The notes under the pieces: generated by a model
What the model saw: the letters and a program-made list of their open reading frames with translations, nothing else
Database searches by the model: none
Told to the model about the DNA's origin: nothing
Position numbers and translations under genes: made by a program
DNA from: Laetmonice hystrix
Lineage: Eukaryota
NCBI GenBank assembly: GCA_965235115.1
Contig: OZ249445.1
Span: 21,638,001 to 21,702,000 of the forward strand
Length of the DNA stretch: 64,000 nt
Reading direction: 5' to 3'
Shown: positions 41,301-51,944 of the stretch, in pieces
Numbering within the stretch: position 1 is the first letter of the stretch
Layout: every line of letters starts with the position of its first letter

Positions 41301-43340
41301 GCCGGGCGAGACTGGCTCTGCATACCCCTTCGCGACCAGTTCCCTTATCTGAGTGGTATACAAAGCTCTGAGATCCTCGTCTCGAGTTAGGCGCCTGCCT
41401 AGCAACTTGAGTCTATGTTCGGCCATAGGTCGGTTGTCTGGCATGCATGGGGGTCTGTGTTTGAAGGGGATTCCAAAGGTGTAGTGACCATCACTCAAAC
41501 AAGCAGTATTGTCCCACTCCTCAAGAACTCTCCGATCAGCTACTGATTGGGGCGTGACTGAGTTTCCCATATCCTCCAGTTCCCAGAAGCGGCCGACCTG
41601 TTGCTCTAGGGCTACAAAGCACGAGTAGACTGTATGGCTCCTGGCATCTCCAATTGGTCCATTTATGGTCCATCCCAAGAGGGTTCTTGAAGCGTAGGGT
41701 TCGCCCGGTCCACCTGAACGGAGTTCCAAGGGCATGAGGGCCTGTGGTACGTCGTTACCGATTATCAAATGCACTTCGTTTGAATTGGTGTTTGGAATCT
41801 CTATGCCATCAAAGTGTTTCCACTTCCCGAGTTCCTTATCCGACACCAAGCTGGTCAGCCCAACATAGATATTTGGACGGACGTAAACTGTCCTCAGATC
41901 GATAATCGATTGTTCCTCCAGATCAGATGCCTGGAGCCGTATCGACGTGGTCTGAAGCTTTTCCTTCCCGCTTAGGGTCATTAAATCCAGGGTTTCACAC
42001 CTTCGGGCCGCCCCGAGCCTGTCAGCCAGGTGATTAGAACAGAAAGTGGCGGTACTCCCTGGATCCAGAAGTGCATAGGTATCCACATAGGCTGGCGACT
42101 GTAGGCCACGGACTCTAACAGGTACAATAGGCAAGGCAATCTTGCCTTCACGGGCCCCAGCAAAGCTACAACTGACTGTCTGGGATGTGCTAGCGGAGGT
42201 CTGAGCTCTTGAAACGGCTGGTGTCGCTGCAGGGAGGACAGTGGAATCACCTGTGGTTGATTGATTTGCAGTCTGCACATCTGCAGTCCTATTGGCATTT
42301 TCCCACCTCAGGTGCAAGAAACGGCTGTGTTTAAGGTTGCACCCATCAATTCCGCAAACAAATGACCGAGGACAATCTCTACCAAAATGACCTACATTGA
42401 AGCAGTTCATACAACGACCTGTTGATCGCACTAGACCAATACGATCCTTGATCCTCATGGCTTTGAAAGCAGGGCATGCAACAATGGAGTGTTGATCACC
42501 ACAACACCAGCAGAGGACTCTGGAGCCTGGATCCTGGGCTTGAGGGGCCATAGTAGCACCACCTGGCGCTTGGAGTGATGCTTGCACTGCAAAGCTTCCC
42601 TTGTTTCGCTGCTTCATGTCGACTTTCTTCTCAGAAGGCTTCCTCTCAGAGGTCAGATCAGCCAGTGCACCAAACACAGGATCGGAAACCTCGCTTGCTG
42701 CCAACTCAATGAACTTCACCACATCCTCCAAACTAGGCCTTCTGTGACGCTTTATCTCCTGGTTCTTGGATAACCAACGTGTTCTCAGGCGTTGCGGGAG
42801 CTTCTCGAGAATGGTCCTTAAATTTTGTGCACTTTCCAACTCGTGAAGATATCCCATCGTTTCCAGGGTTTCCTTGCAGCAGCGTAACACATCTGCATAC
42901 TCTTGGAGGCCAACATTGCCTGTCAACTGCGAATGATTACAGATCCTTTCAATCCAAGCCTGCGAGATTATATTTTCATCCCCAAACCGCTCTTTCAAGA
43001 GTTTTCTGGCAAGGCGATATCCATCAGGAGGTGGGAGTACTTCACAACACTGGAGCAAGTTGCGAGCCTTGCCTGTGCAATATTGTAACAGAGCATTAAG
43101 TTTGACGCCATCACTAATAGTGTCTCTCTCCAAGGTGTGATCAAACCGCCTGATAAACGACCAATACTGTAACGGATTTCCATCAAAGTAGGTCAATTCT
43201 GACTTTGGCAACTGCAGACTTTCCACCAAGGATTGGTGTTGCCGCTGTGTGGCGTCGAGCATGCTGTACAAGACATGTGAGACATCAGGAGATCCCTGGG
43301 GCCCTATTGCAGATGGGTCCCATGAACGGTGTGACCTCAT
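38301..43340 (-). CDS. pol: ORF2 Gag-Pol, 1679 aa, unit 6, intact
   Basis: Same motifs; TCPRK (41246) shared with unit 2; private A>S (38807). Confidence 0.95.
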   Translation of the reverse strand: MRSHRSWDPSAIGPQGSPDVSHVLYSMLDATQRQHQSLVESLQLPKSELTYFDGNPLQYWSFIRRFDHTLERDTISDGVKLNALLQYCTGKARNLLQCCEVLPPPDGYRLARKLLKERFGDENIISQAWIERICNHSQLTGNVGLQEYADVLRCCKETLETMGYLHELESAQNLRTILEKLPQRLRTRWLSKNQEIKRHRRPSLEDVVKFIELAASEVSDPVFGALADLTSERKPSEKKVDMKQRNKGSFAVQASLQAPGGATMAPQAQDPGSRVLCWCCGDQHSIVACPAFKAMRIKDRIGLVRSTGRCMNCFNVGHFGRDCPRSFVCGIDGCNLKHSRFLHLRWENANRTADVQTANQSTTGDSTVLPAATPAVSRAQTSASTSQTVSCSFAGAREGKIALPIVPVRVRGLQSPAYVDTYALLDPGSTATFCSNHLADRLGAARRCETLDLMTLSGKEKLQTTSIRLQASDLEEQSIIDLRTVYVRPNIYVGLTSLVSDKELGKWKHFDGIEIPNTNSNEVHLIIGNDVPQALMPLELRSGGPGEPYASRTLLGWTINGPIGDARSHTVYSCFVALEQQVGRFWELEDMGNSVTPQSVADRRVLEEWDNTACLSDGHYTFGIPFKHRPPCMPDNRPMAEHRLKLLGRRLTRDEDLRALYTTQIRELVAKGYAEPVSPGSNDEIDGYVNYIPHHAVTCPRKPEKVRVVFDCAAKFRGVSLNDKVHQGPDLTNKLVGVLIRFRQEPVAFMADVESMFHQVRVTPQDRDMLRFLWWQNDDPNQEPATYRMTAHLFGGVWSPSAANYALRKCADDNRDRFDDVAIKTVQRNFYVDDCLKAVDGLPAAIRLSQQLRGLLKTGGFRLAKWISNSRELLKTIPLEDHAKGIASLDLDRGSLPSERALGVLWKLEEDVFGYDVTPTRKPVTKRGILSTLSSVYDPLGFVCPFVLRAKLIFQETCRLTTTWDESVPDGLSLQWARWLGDLPNIASFTVPRCLKPSRPMISAQLHHFADASTGAYGAVSYLRVVDVDQVIHMGLLAAKAKLAPMKTTTVPRLELTAAVEAVKLDRMLREDLEIPLLRSVFWTDSTIVLWYLANEDKRFQTFVANRVAQIMEISKPSQWRHVRTEDNPADDCSRGLTATELCHSERWLIGPEFLYRTEDSWPVSPVKGNLPPDEAEVKKDAQVYATEDHQASIIDQLLAKYSSWYRLCKSVGWLLRFVGYLGNRCKAPDAHEHRWLTTADLRAAEAAIVRYIQRQALSKDTLRSNRYERLAPTLSSEGVLCVGGRLARADLPQDRRHPWIVPAKHHVARLIVGHYHIKLGHAGVERVLAEIRLRYWLVSGRSVVRAVIGQCVPCKRARACAMRQQMADLPADRVTPGDPPFSMVGVDYFGPIIVRRGRTEVKRYGCLFTCLTTRAVHLEVATSLDTDAYLNALHRFMARRGQPKVIRSDNGTNFVGAKAELGRALKEWNQGKICEALLQREVQWVFNPPGASHMGGVWERQIRTVRAILTSLLQQQRLDDDSLNTLFCVTESIVNGRPITKLSDDPNDDTPLTPNHLLLLRSGPTLPPCLTAKQDLYRRRWRQVQYLADVFWSRWTKEYLPLLQERQKWTTIERDVRVGDLVLVRHEAMPRYRWPLGLVTQIYPGRDNRVRSAQIRFNGSLYDRPITKLCLLEAAPVP

Positions 43341-44536
43341 TGGGTCATCAGTGGAACTGGTGTGTGGGCTTGACGGCTGCCCCCCTGGGAGTGCCTCGTG
43401 GCAGACATAGGTGTAGAGGAAGTGAGGTCCTCTCCCCTGGGGTTCCCGTCTGGTTTCTTATTCGTGGAACTTGGGTTTGGGTTTGACGGCCAGCCCCCCT
43501 GGGAGTACCTCGGGGCAGACATAGGTGTAGATGAAATGAGGTCATCTCCCCTGGGGTTCCCGTCTGGTTTCTTATCCGTGGAACTTGGGTTTGGGTTTGA
43601 CGGCCAGCCCCCCTGGGAGTACCTCGGGGCAGACATAGGTGTAGATGAAATGAGGTCATCTCCCCTGGGGTTCCCGTCAGGTTTCTTATCCATGGAACTG
43701 GGTTTTGGGTTTGACGGCCAGCCCCCCTGGGAGTACCTCGGTGCAGACATAGGTGTAGAGGAAGTGAGATCATCTCCCCTGGGGTTCCCGTCAGGTTTCT
43801 TATCCATGGAACTGAGTTTTGGGTTTGACGGCCAGCCCCCCTGGGAGTACCTCGGGGCAGACATAGGTGTAGAGGAAGTGAGGTCATCTCCCCTGGGGTT
43901 CCCGTCAGGTTTCTCTTCATCCCACTCATCCAGTTCTCGATGCATCCTTTGCAGTTCCAAATAACGTTCCCTTTGTTCCTGCTTGAATTGTATCTCCAGC
44001 TTAATTCTCTCTCGTTTCAACTTGCTCTCCCGTTCCATTAGCTCCCGCTTTAATTCGTAATCCCGGATCATCAGGTCTTCACGAACGCGCAGCTCATTCA
44101 GTTGTGCCTCGCTGTGCCGCACAGACTGTTCCAGGTCGGTCTCGGTATCCTCGGGTTCAGTCTCTTTTGCTGTATCAGCTACAACATCAACAGGTGTGGT
44201 CAGCACACCTCCATCATCCCCTTGTCCATCTTTAGTGTCCTCAATCCAGAGGTTGAGGGATTCACGAAACTGATCAAACATGAACTTGGCTTCTTTGAGG
44301 TAATTGTTTGAACTCTCAATCTCCTTCGTTTCAGTCAGCACTCCATGGTACTCATTTTGTGCGTCCACAAATCGCCGGTATGCACTGTCAAACTCGTCTG
44401 CCAAGGCTGTGACCTGAGGGAGATTCTGTTTTGATTCCATAAGGTTATCGGCCCGAGTTGTTAAGCGGGTGACTGCAGCCTTTGCTATTCCTCTCCTTTT
44501 CCTTAACGGCTCTTGGACATTTTCTTTAGCTGCCAT
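43337..44536 (-). CDS. gag: ORF1 Gag N-terminal region, unit 6
   Basis: 399-aa copy. Confidence 0.85.
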   Translation of the reverse strand: MAAKENVQEPLRKRRGIAKAAVTRLTTRADNLMESKQNLPQVTALADEFDSAYRRFVDAQNEYHGVLTETKEIESSNNYLKEAKFMFDQFRESLNLWIEDTKDGQGDDGGVLTTPVDVVADTAKETEPEDTETDLEQSVRHSEAQLNELRVREDLMIRDYELKRELMERESKLKRERIKLEIQFKQEQRERYLELQRMHRELDEWDEEKPDGNPRGDDLTSSTPMSAPRYSQGGWPSNPKLSSMDKKPDGNPRGDDLTSSTPMSAPRYSQGGWPSNPKPSSMDKKPDGNPRGDDLISSTPMSAPRYSQGGWPSNPNPSSTDKKPDGNPRGDDLISSTPMSAPRYSQGGWPSNPNPSSTNKKPDGNPRGEDLTSSTPMSATRHSQGGSRQAHTPVPLMTQ

Positions 44537-44574
44537 GGCTGGTTTTGATCCTTGGGTAGTGAATTTGTACTTAA

Positions 44575-45131
44575 TGTAAGCAACGGGAATTCACATGGAT
44601 TCACAACTAACTGGTCCTTGGCTTGACTACTTTTATTTTCCTAGCCTCAGCCTCAGAGTCTCCCCAGCAAACCGTCACTCGTACACAATGACTCGCTGAC
44701 ACGTACGGTACAAACTGTAAATAAAGCAAAAGATACTTGCTAGTCCAATATTTATAACCATTAGGCTAGACGTTCCCACTACATTAACCGAAACTCGAAA
44801 CCAGAAGCCCCAAACACGTGGGGGCGATAATAGGGTTATTATTGGAGACGGAGATATTTTAGAGGTTTGTGTCGAAGGAGAAGAAAAACCAGTACATATA
44901 TATTAGACCCAAGAAGACATCAATACAAACTTAGTTCAAAGAAACTCACTTCACTGGGTTCCCATGGGTGAACATTATTCTAGAGGCTAAACCCAAACTG
45001 TCGAGGACCACGCTAGTGCCGTCACAATCTCCGTGTTTTTTCTCCCCTCTCCTCACCAGAGGGCACCCCATATCCCTCGCTCACCAGAGGGCTCCACCAA
45101 CTGGCTTGCCGCCTAGCAGTCAAACCTAACA
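44575..45131 (-). repeat. LTR copy 6
   Basis: Same sequence as 374..930. Confidence 0.8.
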
Positions 45132-45670
45132 TTTCCCGGCCCCCAATGCCACTATAAGGGGCATTCCTAACTAATAATAAACAAACTGCTGCCCCACACT
45201 AAACGACAAAAGATTCACCTGACAAATACATATGCCGGGTACCAAACCCATCAGGCAAAAAAAAACATCAAAAAGGTGGGACTGAACACTCGCAGAAACA
45301 CTAGTTCTGCAATTCCACTGATATAGTCAAATGTTCCAATGGTATATTCAAAAGGCTCCGCTGGTACAGTCAAAAGTTCCAATGGTATATTCAAAGGCTC
45401 CGCTGGTATAGTCAAATGTTCCAATGGTATATTCAGCAACTCCAAGAGTACACCAGTCAGCTTACGGAAAAGTTTCCATAGGTTCAGTAACACAAAGAGG
45501 CAAAGTCAACCTTGGTGCAAACCAGGTACAAAGGTATACAAAAAATCTAACCACAATGGCCAGTGCTGACAATAAATTCTCCCAGTGGTTGACATGACAT
45601 AGGTGTACAGGAACAAACAATACTCCTGATAATACAGTACTAAACGTTCCTGTTTGAAAACAGGTGTTCC

Positions 45671-48600
45671 TTAAGGAACAGGTGCTGCCTCAAGCAAGCA
45701 CAGCTTGGTAATCGGTCGGTCATAGAGAGACCCATTAAATCTGATCTGTGCAGAACGAACTCGGTTGTCTCGTCCGGGGTAGATCTGAGTAACCAGACCA
45801 AGAGGCCACCGGTACCGCGGCATGGCCTCATGTCGAACCAACACCAGGTCTCCAACGCGGACATCCCTTTCAATGGTTGTCCACTTTTGTCGCTCCTGCA
45901 ACAAAGGCAAGTACTCTTTGGTCCAACGTGACCAAAACACATCGGCCAGGTACTGGACCTGGCGCCAACGGCGTCGATACAGATCTTGTTTGGCAGTCAA
46001 ACAAGGTGGCAAGGTGGGCCCAGACCGCAGCAGCAGCAAATGGTTTGGGGTCAGAGGCGTGTCATCGTTGGGGTCGTCAGACAACTTGGTTATAGGTCTC
46101 CCATTTACTATGCTTTCTGTAACACAGAATAGGGTGTTGAGGGAGTCATCGTCCAACCTTTGTTGTTGTAGGAGAGCTGTCAGAATGGCCCTCACGGTGC
46201 GGATTTGCCGCTCCCACACCCCTCCCATGTGGGAGGCCCCAGGAGGGTTGAACACCCACTGGACTTCCCTCTGCAGCAGAGCTTCACAGATCTTGCCTTG
46301 GTTCCACTCCTTAAGTGCCCTCCCCAACTCTGCCTTAGCCCCAACAAAGTTGGTGCCGTTGTCCGAGCGAATGACCTTGGGCTGACCCCGACGCGCCATA
46401 AACCGATGAAGGGCATTCAGATAGGCATCCGTGTCGAGAGAAGTAGCCACTTCCAAATGAACTGCGCGAGTTGTGAGGCAAGTAAACAGGCATCCATATC
46501 GCTTCACTTCGGTGCGCCCTCGTCTCACAATGATTGGTCCAAAATAATCAACACCCACCATGCTGAAAGGAGGGTCTCCAGGTGTAACTCTGTCGGCAGG
46601 TAGGTCAGCCATCTGCTGCCTCATGGCACATGCTCGTGCCCGTTTGCATGGGACACACTGTCCAATGACAGCTCGAACAACGGAACGTCCGCTTACAAGC
46701 CAATAACGAAGCCTTATCTCCGCTAGAACCCGCTCGACCCCAGCGTGTCCCAATTTGATGTGGTAATGGCCCACAATGAGCCGGGCCACGTGATGCTTGG
46801 CAGGCACAATCCAAGGATGCCTTCTGTCCTGTGGGAGGTCTGCTCTGGCAAGCCTGCCTCCTACACATAATACTCCCTCGGAAGAGAGAGTGGGTGCTAG
46901 TCTCTCATATCGGTTAGATCTCAGGGTGTCCTTACTGAGGGCTTGCCGCTGAATGTACCGCACTATCGCAGCTTCCGCAGCCCGCAGGTCAGCAGTAGTT
47001 AACCACCGGTGTTCATGAGCATCAGGTGCCTTGCACCGATTCCCAAGGTAGCCCACGAAACGCAACAACCAACCAACAGACTTGCACAAGCGGTACCATG
47101 AGGAATACTTGGCTAGCAGCTGGTCAATGATAGACGCCTGGTGGTCCTCCGTGGCATACACCTGCGCATCCTTCTTCACTTCTGCTTCATCAGGTGGTAG
47201 GTTTCCCTTGACTGGAGAAACTGGCCAGGAGTCCTCAGTCCGGTAGAGGAACTCAGGCCCTATGAGCCAACGCTCAGAGTGGCATAGTTCAGTAGCGGTG
47301 AGACCACGGGAGCAATCATCAGCAGGGTTGTCTTCCGTCCTGACATGTCTCCATTGCGAGGGTTTGCTGATTTCCATGATTTGGGCCACGCGATTAGCCA
47401 CAAAGGTCTGAAAACGCTTATCTTCATTGGCTAGGTACCACAGGACAATTGTGGAGTCTGTCCAAAAAACAGACCTCAACAGAGGGATTTCTAGGTCTTC
47501 CCTCAGCATACGGTCCAACTTGACCGCTTCCACGGCTGCCGTCAGCTCAAGCCTAGGAACAGTTGTAGTTTTCATAGGCGCTAGCTTGGCCTTTGCAGCC
47601 AGAAGACCCATGTGAATGACCTGGTCAACATCCACAACACGCAAATAACTGACAGCTCCATAAGCTCCAGTCGACGCGTCGGCAAAGTGGTGCAATTGGG
47701 CTGATATCATGGGACGACTGGGCTTCAGACAGCGAGGAACAGTGAAACTGGCAATGTTTGGCAAGTCTCCAAGCCACCGTGCCCATTGCAGAGACAGTCC
47801 GTCAGGCACACTTTCGTCCCAAGTGGTAGTCAAGCGGCAGGTTTCCTGGAAGATCAGCTTGGCCCGCAGGACGAACGGGCATACGAAACCCAAGGGATCG
47901 TATACCGAGCTAAGAGTGCTGAGAATTCCCCGTTTAGTAACAGGCTTCCTCGTTGGAGTGACGTCATAACCAAACACATCCTCCTCAAGCTTCCATAGCA
48001 CTCCCAGTGCTCTCTCGGAGGGCAAGGATCCCCGGTCCAAGTCCAGGCTGGCAATACCTTTGGCGTGATCCTCCAGGGGGATAGTCTTGAGTAGTTCTCT
48101 TGAATTGCTGATCCATTTAGCGAGCCGAAACCCGCCCGTTTTTAGCAAACCACGAAGTTGTTGTGACAATCTGATGGCAGCAGGCAGTCCATCAACTGCT
48201 TTAAGACAGTCATCAACATAAAAGTTTCGTTGGACCGTCTTGATGGCTACATCATCAAACCGGTCCCTATTGTCATCTGCACATTTTCTGAGTGCATAAT
48301 TTGCCGCACTGGGTGACCACACGCCACCAAACAAATGCGCTGTCATCCTGTATGTGGCAGGTTCCTGGTTCGGGTCGTCATTCTGCCACCAGAGGAAACG
48401 GAGCATATCACGGTCTTGGGGTGTGACTCTAACCTGGTGGAACATGGATTCCACATCAGCCATGAATGCCACGGGCTCCTGCCTAAATCTTATCAAGACG
48501 CCGACTAACTTGTTGGTGAGATCAGGACCCTGATGCACTTTATCGTTTAGGGAGACTCCTCGGAACTTTGCCGCACAATCAAACACGACGCGGACTTTCT

Positions 48601-50710
48601 CCGGCTTCCGGGGGCGAGTTACTGCGTGATGGGGAATGTAGTTGACATAGCCATCAATTTCGTCATTTGAGCCGGGCGAGACTGGCTCTGCATACCCCTT
48701 CGCGACCAGTTCCCTTATCTGAGTGGTATACAAAGCTCTGAGATCCTCGTCTCGAGTTAGGCGCCTGCCTAGCAACTTGAGTCTATGTTCGGCCATAGGT
48801 CGGTTGTCTGGCATGCATGGGGGTCTGTGTTTGAAGGGGATTCCAAAGGTGTAGTGACCATCACTCAAACAAGCAGTATTGTCCCACTCCTCAAGAACTC
48901 TCCGATCAGCTACTGATTGGGGCGTGACTGAGTTTCCCATATCCTCCAGTTCCCAGAAGCGGCCGACCTGTTGCTCTAGGGCTACAAAGCACGAGTAGAC
49001 TGTATGGCTCCTGGCATCTCCAATTGGTCCATTTATGGTCCATCCCAAGAGGGTTCTTGAAGCGTAGGGTTCGCCCGGTCCACCTGAACGGAGTTCCAAG
49101 GGCATGAGGGCCTGTGGTACGTCGTTACCGATTATCAAATGCACTTCGTTTGAATTGGTGTTTGGAATCTCTATGCCATCAAAGTGTTTCCACTTCCCGA
49201 GTTCCTTATCCGACACCAAGCTGGTCAGCCCAACATAGATATTTGGACGGACGTAAACTGTCCTCAGATCGATAATCGATTGTTCCTCCAGATCAGATGC
49301 CTGGAGCCGTATCGACGTGGTCTGAAGCTTTTCCTTCCCGCTTAGGGTCATTAAATCCAGGGTTTCACACCTTCGGGCCGCCCCGAGCCTGTCAGCCAGG
49401 TGATTAGAACAGAAAGTGGCGGTACTCCCTGGATCCAGAAGTGCATAGGTATCCACATAGGCTGGCGACTGTAGGCCACGGACTCTAACAGGTACAATAG
49501 GCAAGGCAATCTTGCCTTCACGGGCCCCAGCAAAGCTACAACTGACTGTCTGGGATGTGCTAGCGGAGGTCTGAGCTCTTGAAACGGCTGGTGTCGCTGC
49601 AGGGAGGACAGTGGAATCACCTGTGGTTGATTGATTTGCAGTCTGCACATCTGCAGTCCTATTGGCATTTTCCCACCTCAGGTGCAAGAAACGGCTGTGT
49701 TTAAGGTTGCACCCATCAATTCCGCAAACAAATGACCGAGGACAATCTCTACCAAAATGACCTACATTGAAGCAGTTCATACAACGACCTGTTGATCGCA
49801 CTAGACCAATACGATCCTTGATCCTCATGGCTTTGAAAGCAGGGCATGCAACAATGGAGTGTTGATCACCACAACACCAGCAGAGGACTCTGGAGCCTGG
49901 ATCCTGGGCTTGAGGGGCCATAGTAGCACCACCTGGCGCTTGGAGTGATGCTTGCACTGCAAAGCTTCCCTTGTTTCGCTGCTTCATGTCGACTTTCTTC
50001 TCAGAAGGCTTCCTCTCAGAGGTCAGATCAGCCAGTGCACCAAACACAGGATCGGAAACCTCGCTTGCTGCCAACTCAATGAACTTCACCACATCCTCCA
50101 AACTAGGCCTTCTGTGACGCTTTATCTCCTGGTTCTTGGATAACCAACGTGTTCTCAGGCGTTGCGGGAGCTTCTCGAGAATGGTCCTTAAATTTTGTGC
50201 ACTTTCCAACTCGTGAAGATATCCCATCGTTTCCAGGGTTTCCTTGCAGCAGCGTAACACATCTGCATACTCTTGGAGGCCAACATTGCCTGTCAACTGC
50301 GAATGATTACAGATCCTTTCAATCCAAGCCTGCGAGATTATATTTTCATCCCCAAACCGCTCTTTCAAGAGTTTTCTGGCAAGGCGATATCCATCAGGAG
50401 GTGGGAGTACTTCACAACACTGGAGCAAGTTGCGAGCCTTGCCTGTGCAATATTGTAACAGAGCATTAAGTTTGACGCCATCACTAATAGTGTCTCTCTC
50501 CAAGGTGTGATCAAACCGCCTGATAAACGACCAATACTGTAACGGATTTCCATCAAAGTAGGTCAATTCTGACTTTGGCAACTGCAGACTTTCCACCAAG
50601 GATTGGTGTTGCCGCTGTGTGGCGTCGAGCATGCTGTACAAGACATGTGAGACATCAGGAGATCCCTGGGGCCCTATTGCAGATGGGTCCCATGAACGGT
50701 GTGACCTCAT
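45671..50710 (-). CDS. pol: ORF2 Gag-Pol, 1679 aa, unit 7, intact (consensus-like)
   Basis: Same motifs as unit 1. Confidence 0.95.
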   Translation of the reverse strand: MRSHRSWDPSAIGPQGSPDVSHVLYSMLDATQRQHQSLVESLQLPKSELTYFDGNPLQYWSFIRRFDHTLERDTISDGVKLNALLQYCTGKARNLLQCCEVLPPPDGYRLARKLLKERFGDENIISQAWIERICNHSQLTGNVGLQEYADVLRCCKETLETMGYLHELESAQNLRTILEKLPQRLRTRWLSKNQEIKRHRRPSLEDVVKFIELAASEVSDPVFGALADLTSERKPSEKKVDMKQRNKGSFAVQASLQAPGGATMAPQAQDPGSRVLCWCCGDQHSIVACPAFKAMRIKDRIGLVRSTGRCMNCFNVGHFGRDCPRSFVCGIDGCNLKHSRFLHLRWENANRTADVQTANQSTTGDSTVLPAATPAVSRAQTSASTSQTVSCSFAGAREGKIALPIVPVRVRGLQSPAYVDTYALLDPGSTATFCSNHLADRLGAARRCETLDLMTLSGKEKLQTTSIRLQASDLEEQSIIDLRTVYVRPNIYVGLTSLVSDKELGKWKHFDGIEIPNTNSNEVHLIIGNDVPQALMPLELRSGGPGEPYASRTLLGWTINGPIGDARSHTVYSCFVALEQQVGRFWELEDMGNSVTPQSVADRRVLEEWDNTACLSDGHYTFGIPFKHRPPCMPDNRPMAEHRLKLLGRRLTRDEDLRALYTTQIRELVAKGYAEPVSPGSNDEIDGYVNYIPHHAVTRPRKPEKVRVVFDCAAKFRGVSLNDKVHQGPDLTNKLVGVLIRFRQEPVAFMADVESMFHQVRVTPQDRDMLRFLWWQNDDPNQEPATYRMTAHLFGGVWSPSAANYALRKCADDNRDRFDDVAIKTVQRNFYVDDCLKAVDGLPAAIRLSQQLRGLLKTGGFRLAKWISNSRELLKTIPLEDHAKGIASLDLDRGSLPSERALGVLWKLEEDVFGYDVTPTRKPVTKRGILSTLSSVYDPLGFVCPFVLRAKLIFQETCRLTTTWDESVPDGLSLQWARWLGDLPNIASFTVPRCLKPSRPMISAQLHHFADASTGAYGAVSYLRVVDVDQVIHMGLLAAKAKLAPMKTTTVPRLELTAAVEAVKLDRMLREDLEIPLLRSVFWTDSTIVLWYLANEDKRFQTFVANRVAQIMEISKPSQWRHVRTEDNPADDCSRGLTATELCHSERWLIGPEFLYRTEDSWPVSPVKGNLPPDEAEVKKDAQVYATEDHQASIIDQLLAKYSSWYRLCKSVGWLLRFVGYLGNRCKAPDAHEHRWLTTADLRAAEAAIVRYIQRQALSKDTLRSNRYERLAPTLSSEGVLCVGGRLARADLPQDRRHPWIVPAKHHVARLIVGHYHIKLGHAGVERVLAEIRLRYWLVSGRSVVRAVIGQCVPCKRARACAMRQQMADLPADRVTPGDPPFSMVGVDYFGPIIVRRGRTEVKRYGCLFTCLTTRAVHLEVATSLDTDAYLNALHRFMARRGQPKVIRSDNGTNFVGAKAELGRALKEWNQGKICEALLQREVQWVFNPPGASHMGGVWERQIRTVRAILTALLQQQRLDDDSLNTLFCVTESIVNGRPITKLSDDPNDDTPLTPNHLLLLRSGPTLPPCLTAKQDLYRRRWRQVQYLADVFWSRWTKEYLPLLQERQKWTTIERDVRVGDLVLVRHEAMPRYRWPLGLVTQIYPGRDNRVRSAQIRFNGSLYDRPITKLCLLEAAPVP

Positions 50711-51906
50711 TGGGTCATCAGTGGAACTGGTGTGTGGGCTTGACGGCTGCCCCCCTGGGAGTGCCTCGTGGCAGACATAGGTGTAGAGGAAGTGAGGTCC
50801 TCTCCCCTGGGGTTCCCGTCTGGTTTCTTATTCGTGGAACTTGGGTTTGGGTTTGACGGCCAGCCCCCCTGGGAGTACCTCGGGGCAGACATAGGTGTAG
50901 ATGAAATGAGGTCATCTCCCCTGGGGTTCCCGTCTGGTTTCTTATCCGTGGAACTTGGGTTTGGGTTTGACGGCCAGCCCCCCTGGGAGTACCTCGGGGC
51001 AGACATAGGTGTAGATGAAATGAGGTCATCTCCCCTGGGGTTCCCGTCAGGTTTCTTATCCATGGAACTGGGTTTTGGGTTTGACGGCCAGCCCCCCTGG
51101 GAGTACCTCGGTGCAGACATAGGTGTAGAGGAAGTGAGATCATCTCCCCTGGGGTTCCCGTCAGGTTTCTTATCCATGGAACTGAGTTTTGGGTTTGACG
51201 GCCAGCCCCCCTGGGAGTACCTCGGGGCAGACATAGGTGTAGAGGAAGTGAGGTCATCTCCCCTGGGGTTCCCGTCAGGTTTCTCTTCATCCCACTCATC
51301 CAGTTCTCGATGCATCCTTTGCAGTTCCAAATAACGTTCCCTTTGTTCCTGCTTGAATTGTATCTCCAGCTTAATTCTCTCTCGTTTCAACTTGCTCTCC
51401 CGTTCCATTAGCTCCCGCTTTAATTCGTAATCCCGGATCATCAGGTCTTCACGAACGCGCAGCTCATTCAGTTGTGCCTCGCTGTGCCGCACAGACTGTT
51501 CCAGGTCGGTCTCGGTATCCTCGGGTTCAGTCTCTTTTGCTGTATCAGCTACAACATCAACAGGTGTGGTCAGCACACCTCCATCATCCCCTTGTCCATC
51601 TTTAGTGTCCTCAATCCAGAGGTTGAGGGATTCACGAAACTGATCAAACATGAACTTGGCTTCTTTGAGGTAATTGTTTGAACTCTCAATCTCCTTCGTT
51701 TCAGTCAGCACTCCATGGTACTCATTTTGTGCGTCCACAAATCGCCGGTATGCACTGTCAAACTCGTCTGCCAAGGCTGTGACCTGAGGGAGATTCTGTT
51801 TTGATTCCATAAGGTTATCGGCCCGAGTTGTTAAGCGGGTGACTGCAGCCTTTGCTATTCCTCTCCTTTTCCTTAACGGCTCTTGGACATTTTCTTTAGC
51901 TGCCAT
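50707..51906 (-). CDS. gag: ORF1 Gag N-terminal region, unit 7
   Basis: 399-aa copy. Confidence 0.85.
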   Translation of the reverse strand: MAAKENVQEPLRKRRGIAKAAVTRLTTRADNLMESKQNLPQVTALADEFDSAYRRFVDAQNEYHGVLTETKEIESSNNYLKEAKFMFDQFRESLNLWIEDTKDGQGDDGGVLTTPVDVVADTAKETEPEDTETDLEQSVRHSEAQLNELRVREDLMIRDYELKRELMERESKLKRERIKLEIQFKQEQRERYLELQRMHRELDEWDEEKPDGNPRGDDLTSSTPMSAPRYSQGGWPSNPKLSSMDKKPDGNPRGDDLTSSTPMSAPRYSQGGWPSNPKPSSMDKKPDGNPRGDDLISSTPMSAPRYSQGGWPSNPNPSSTDKKPDGNPRGDDLISSTPMSAPRYSQGGWPSNPNPSSTNKKPDGNPRGEDLTSSTPMSATRHSQGGSRQAHTPVPLMTQ

Positions 51907-51944
51907 GGCTGGTTTTGATCCTTGGGTAGTGAATTTGTACTTAA

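Larger units (their letters stand above)
37205..45131 (-). mobile_element. Bel/Pao unit 6
   Basis: 7370-bp unit; ORF2 intact. Confidence 0.93.
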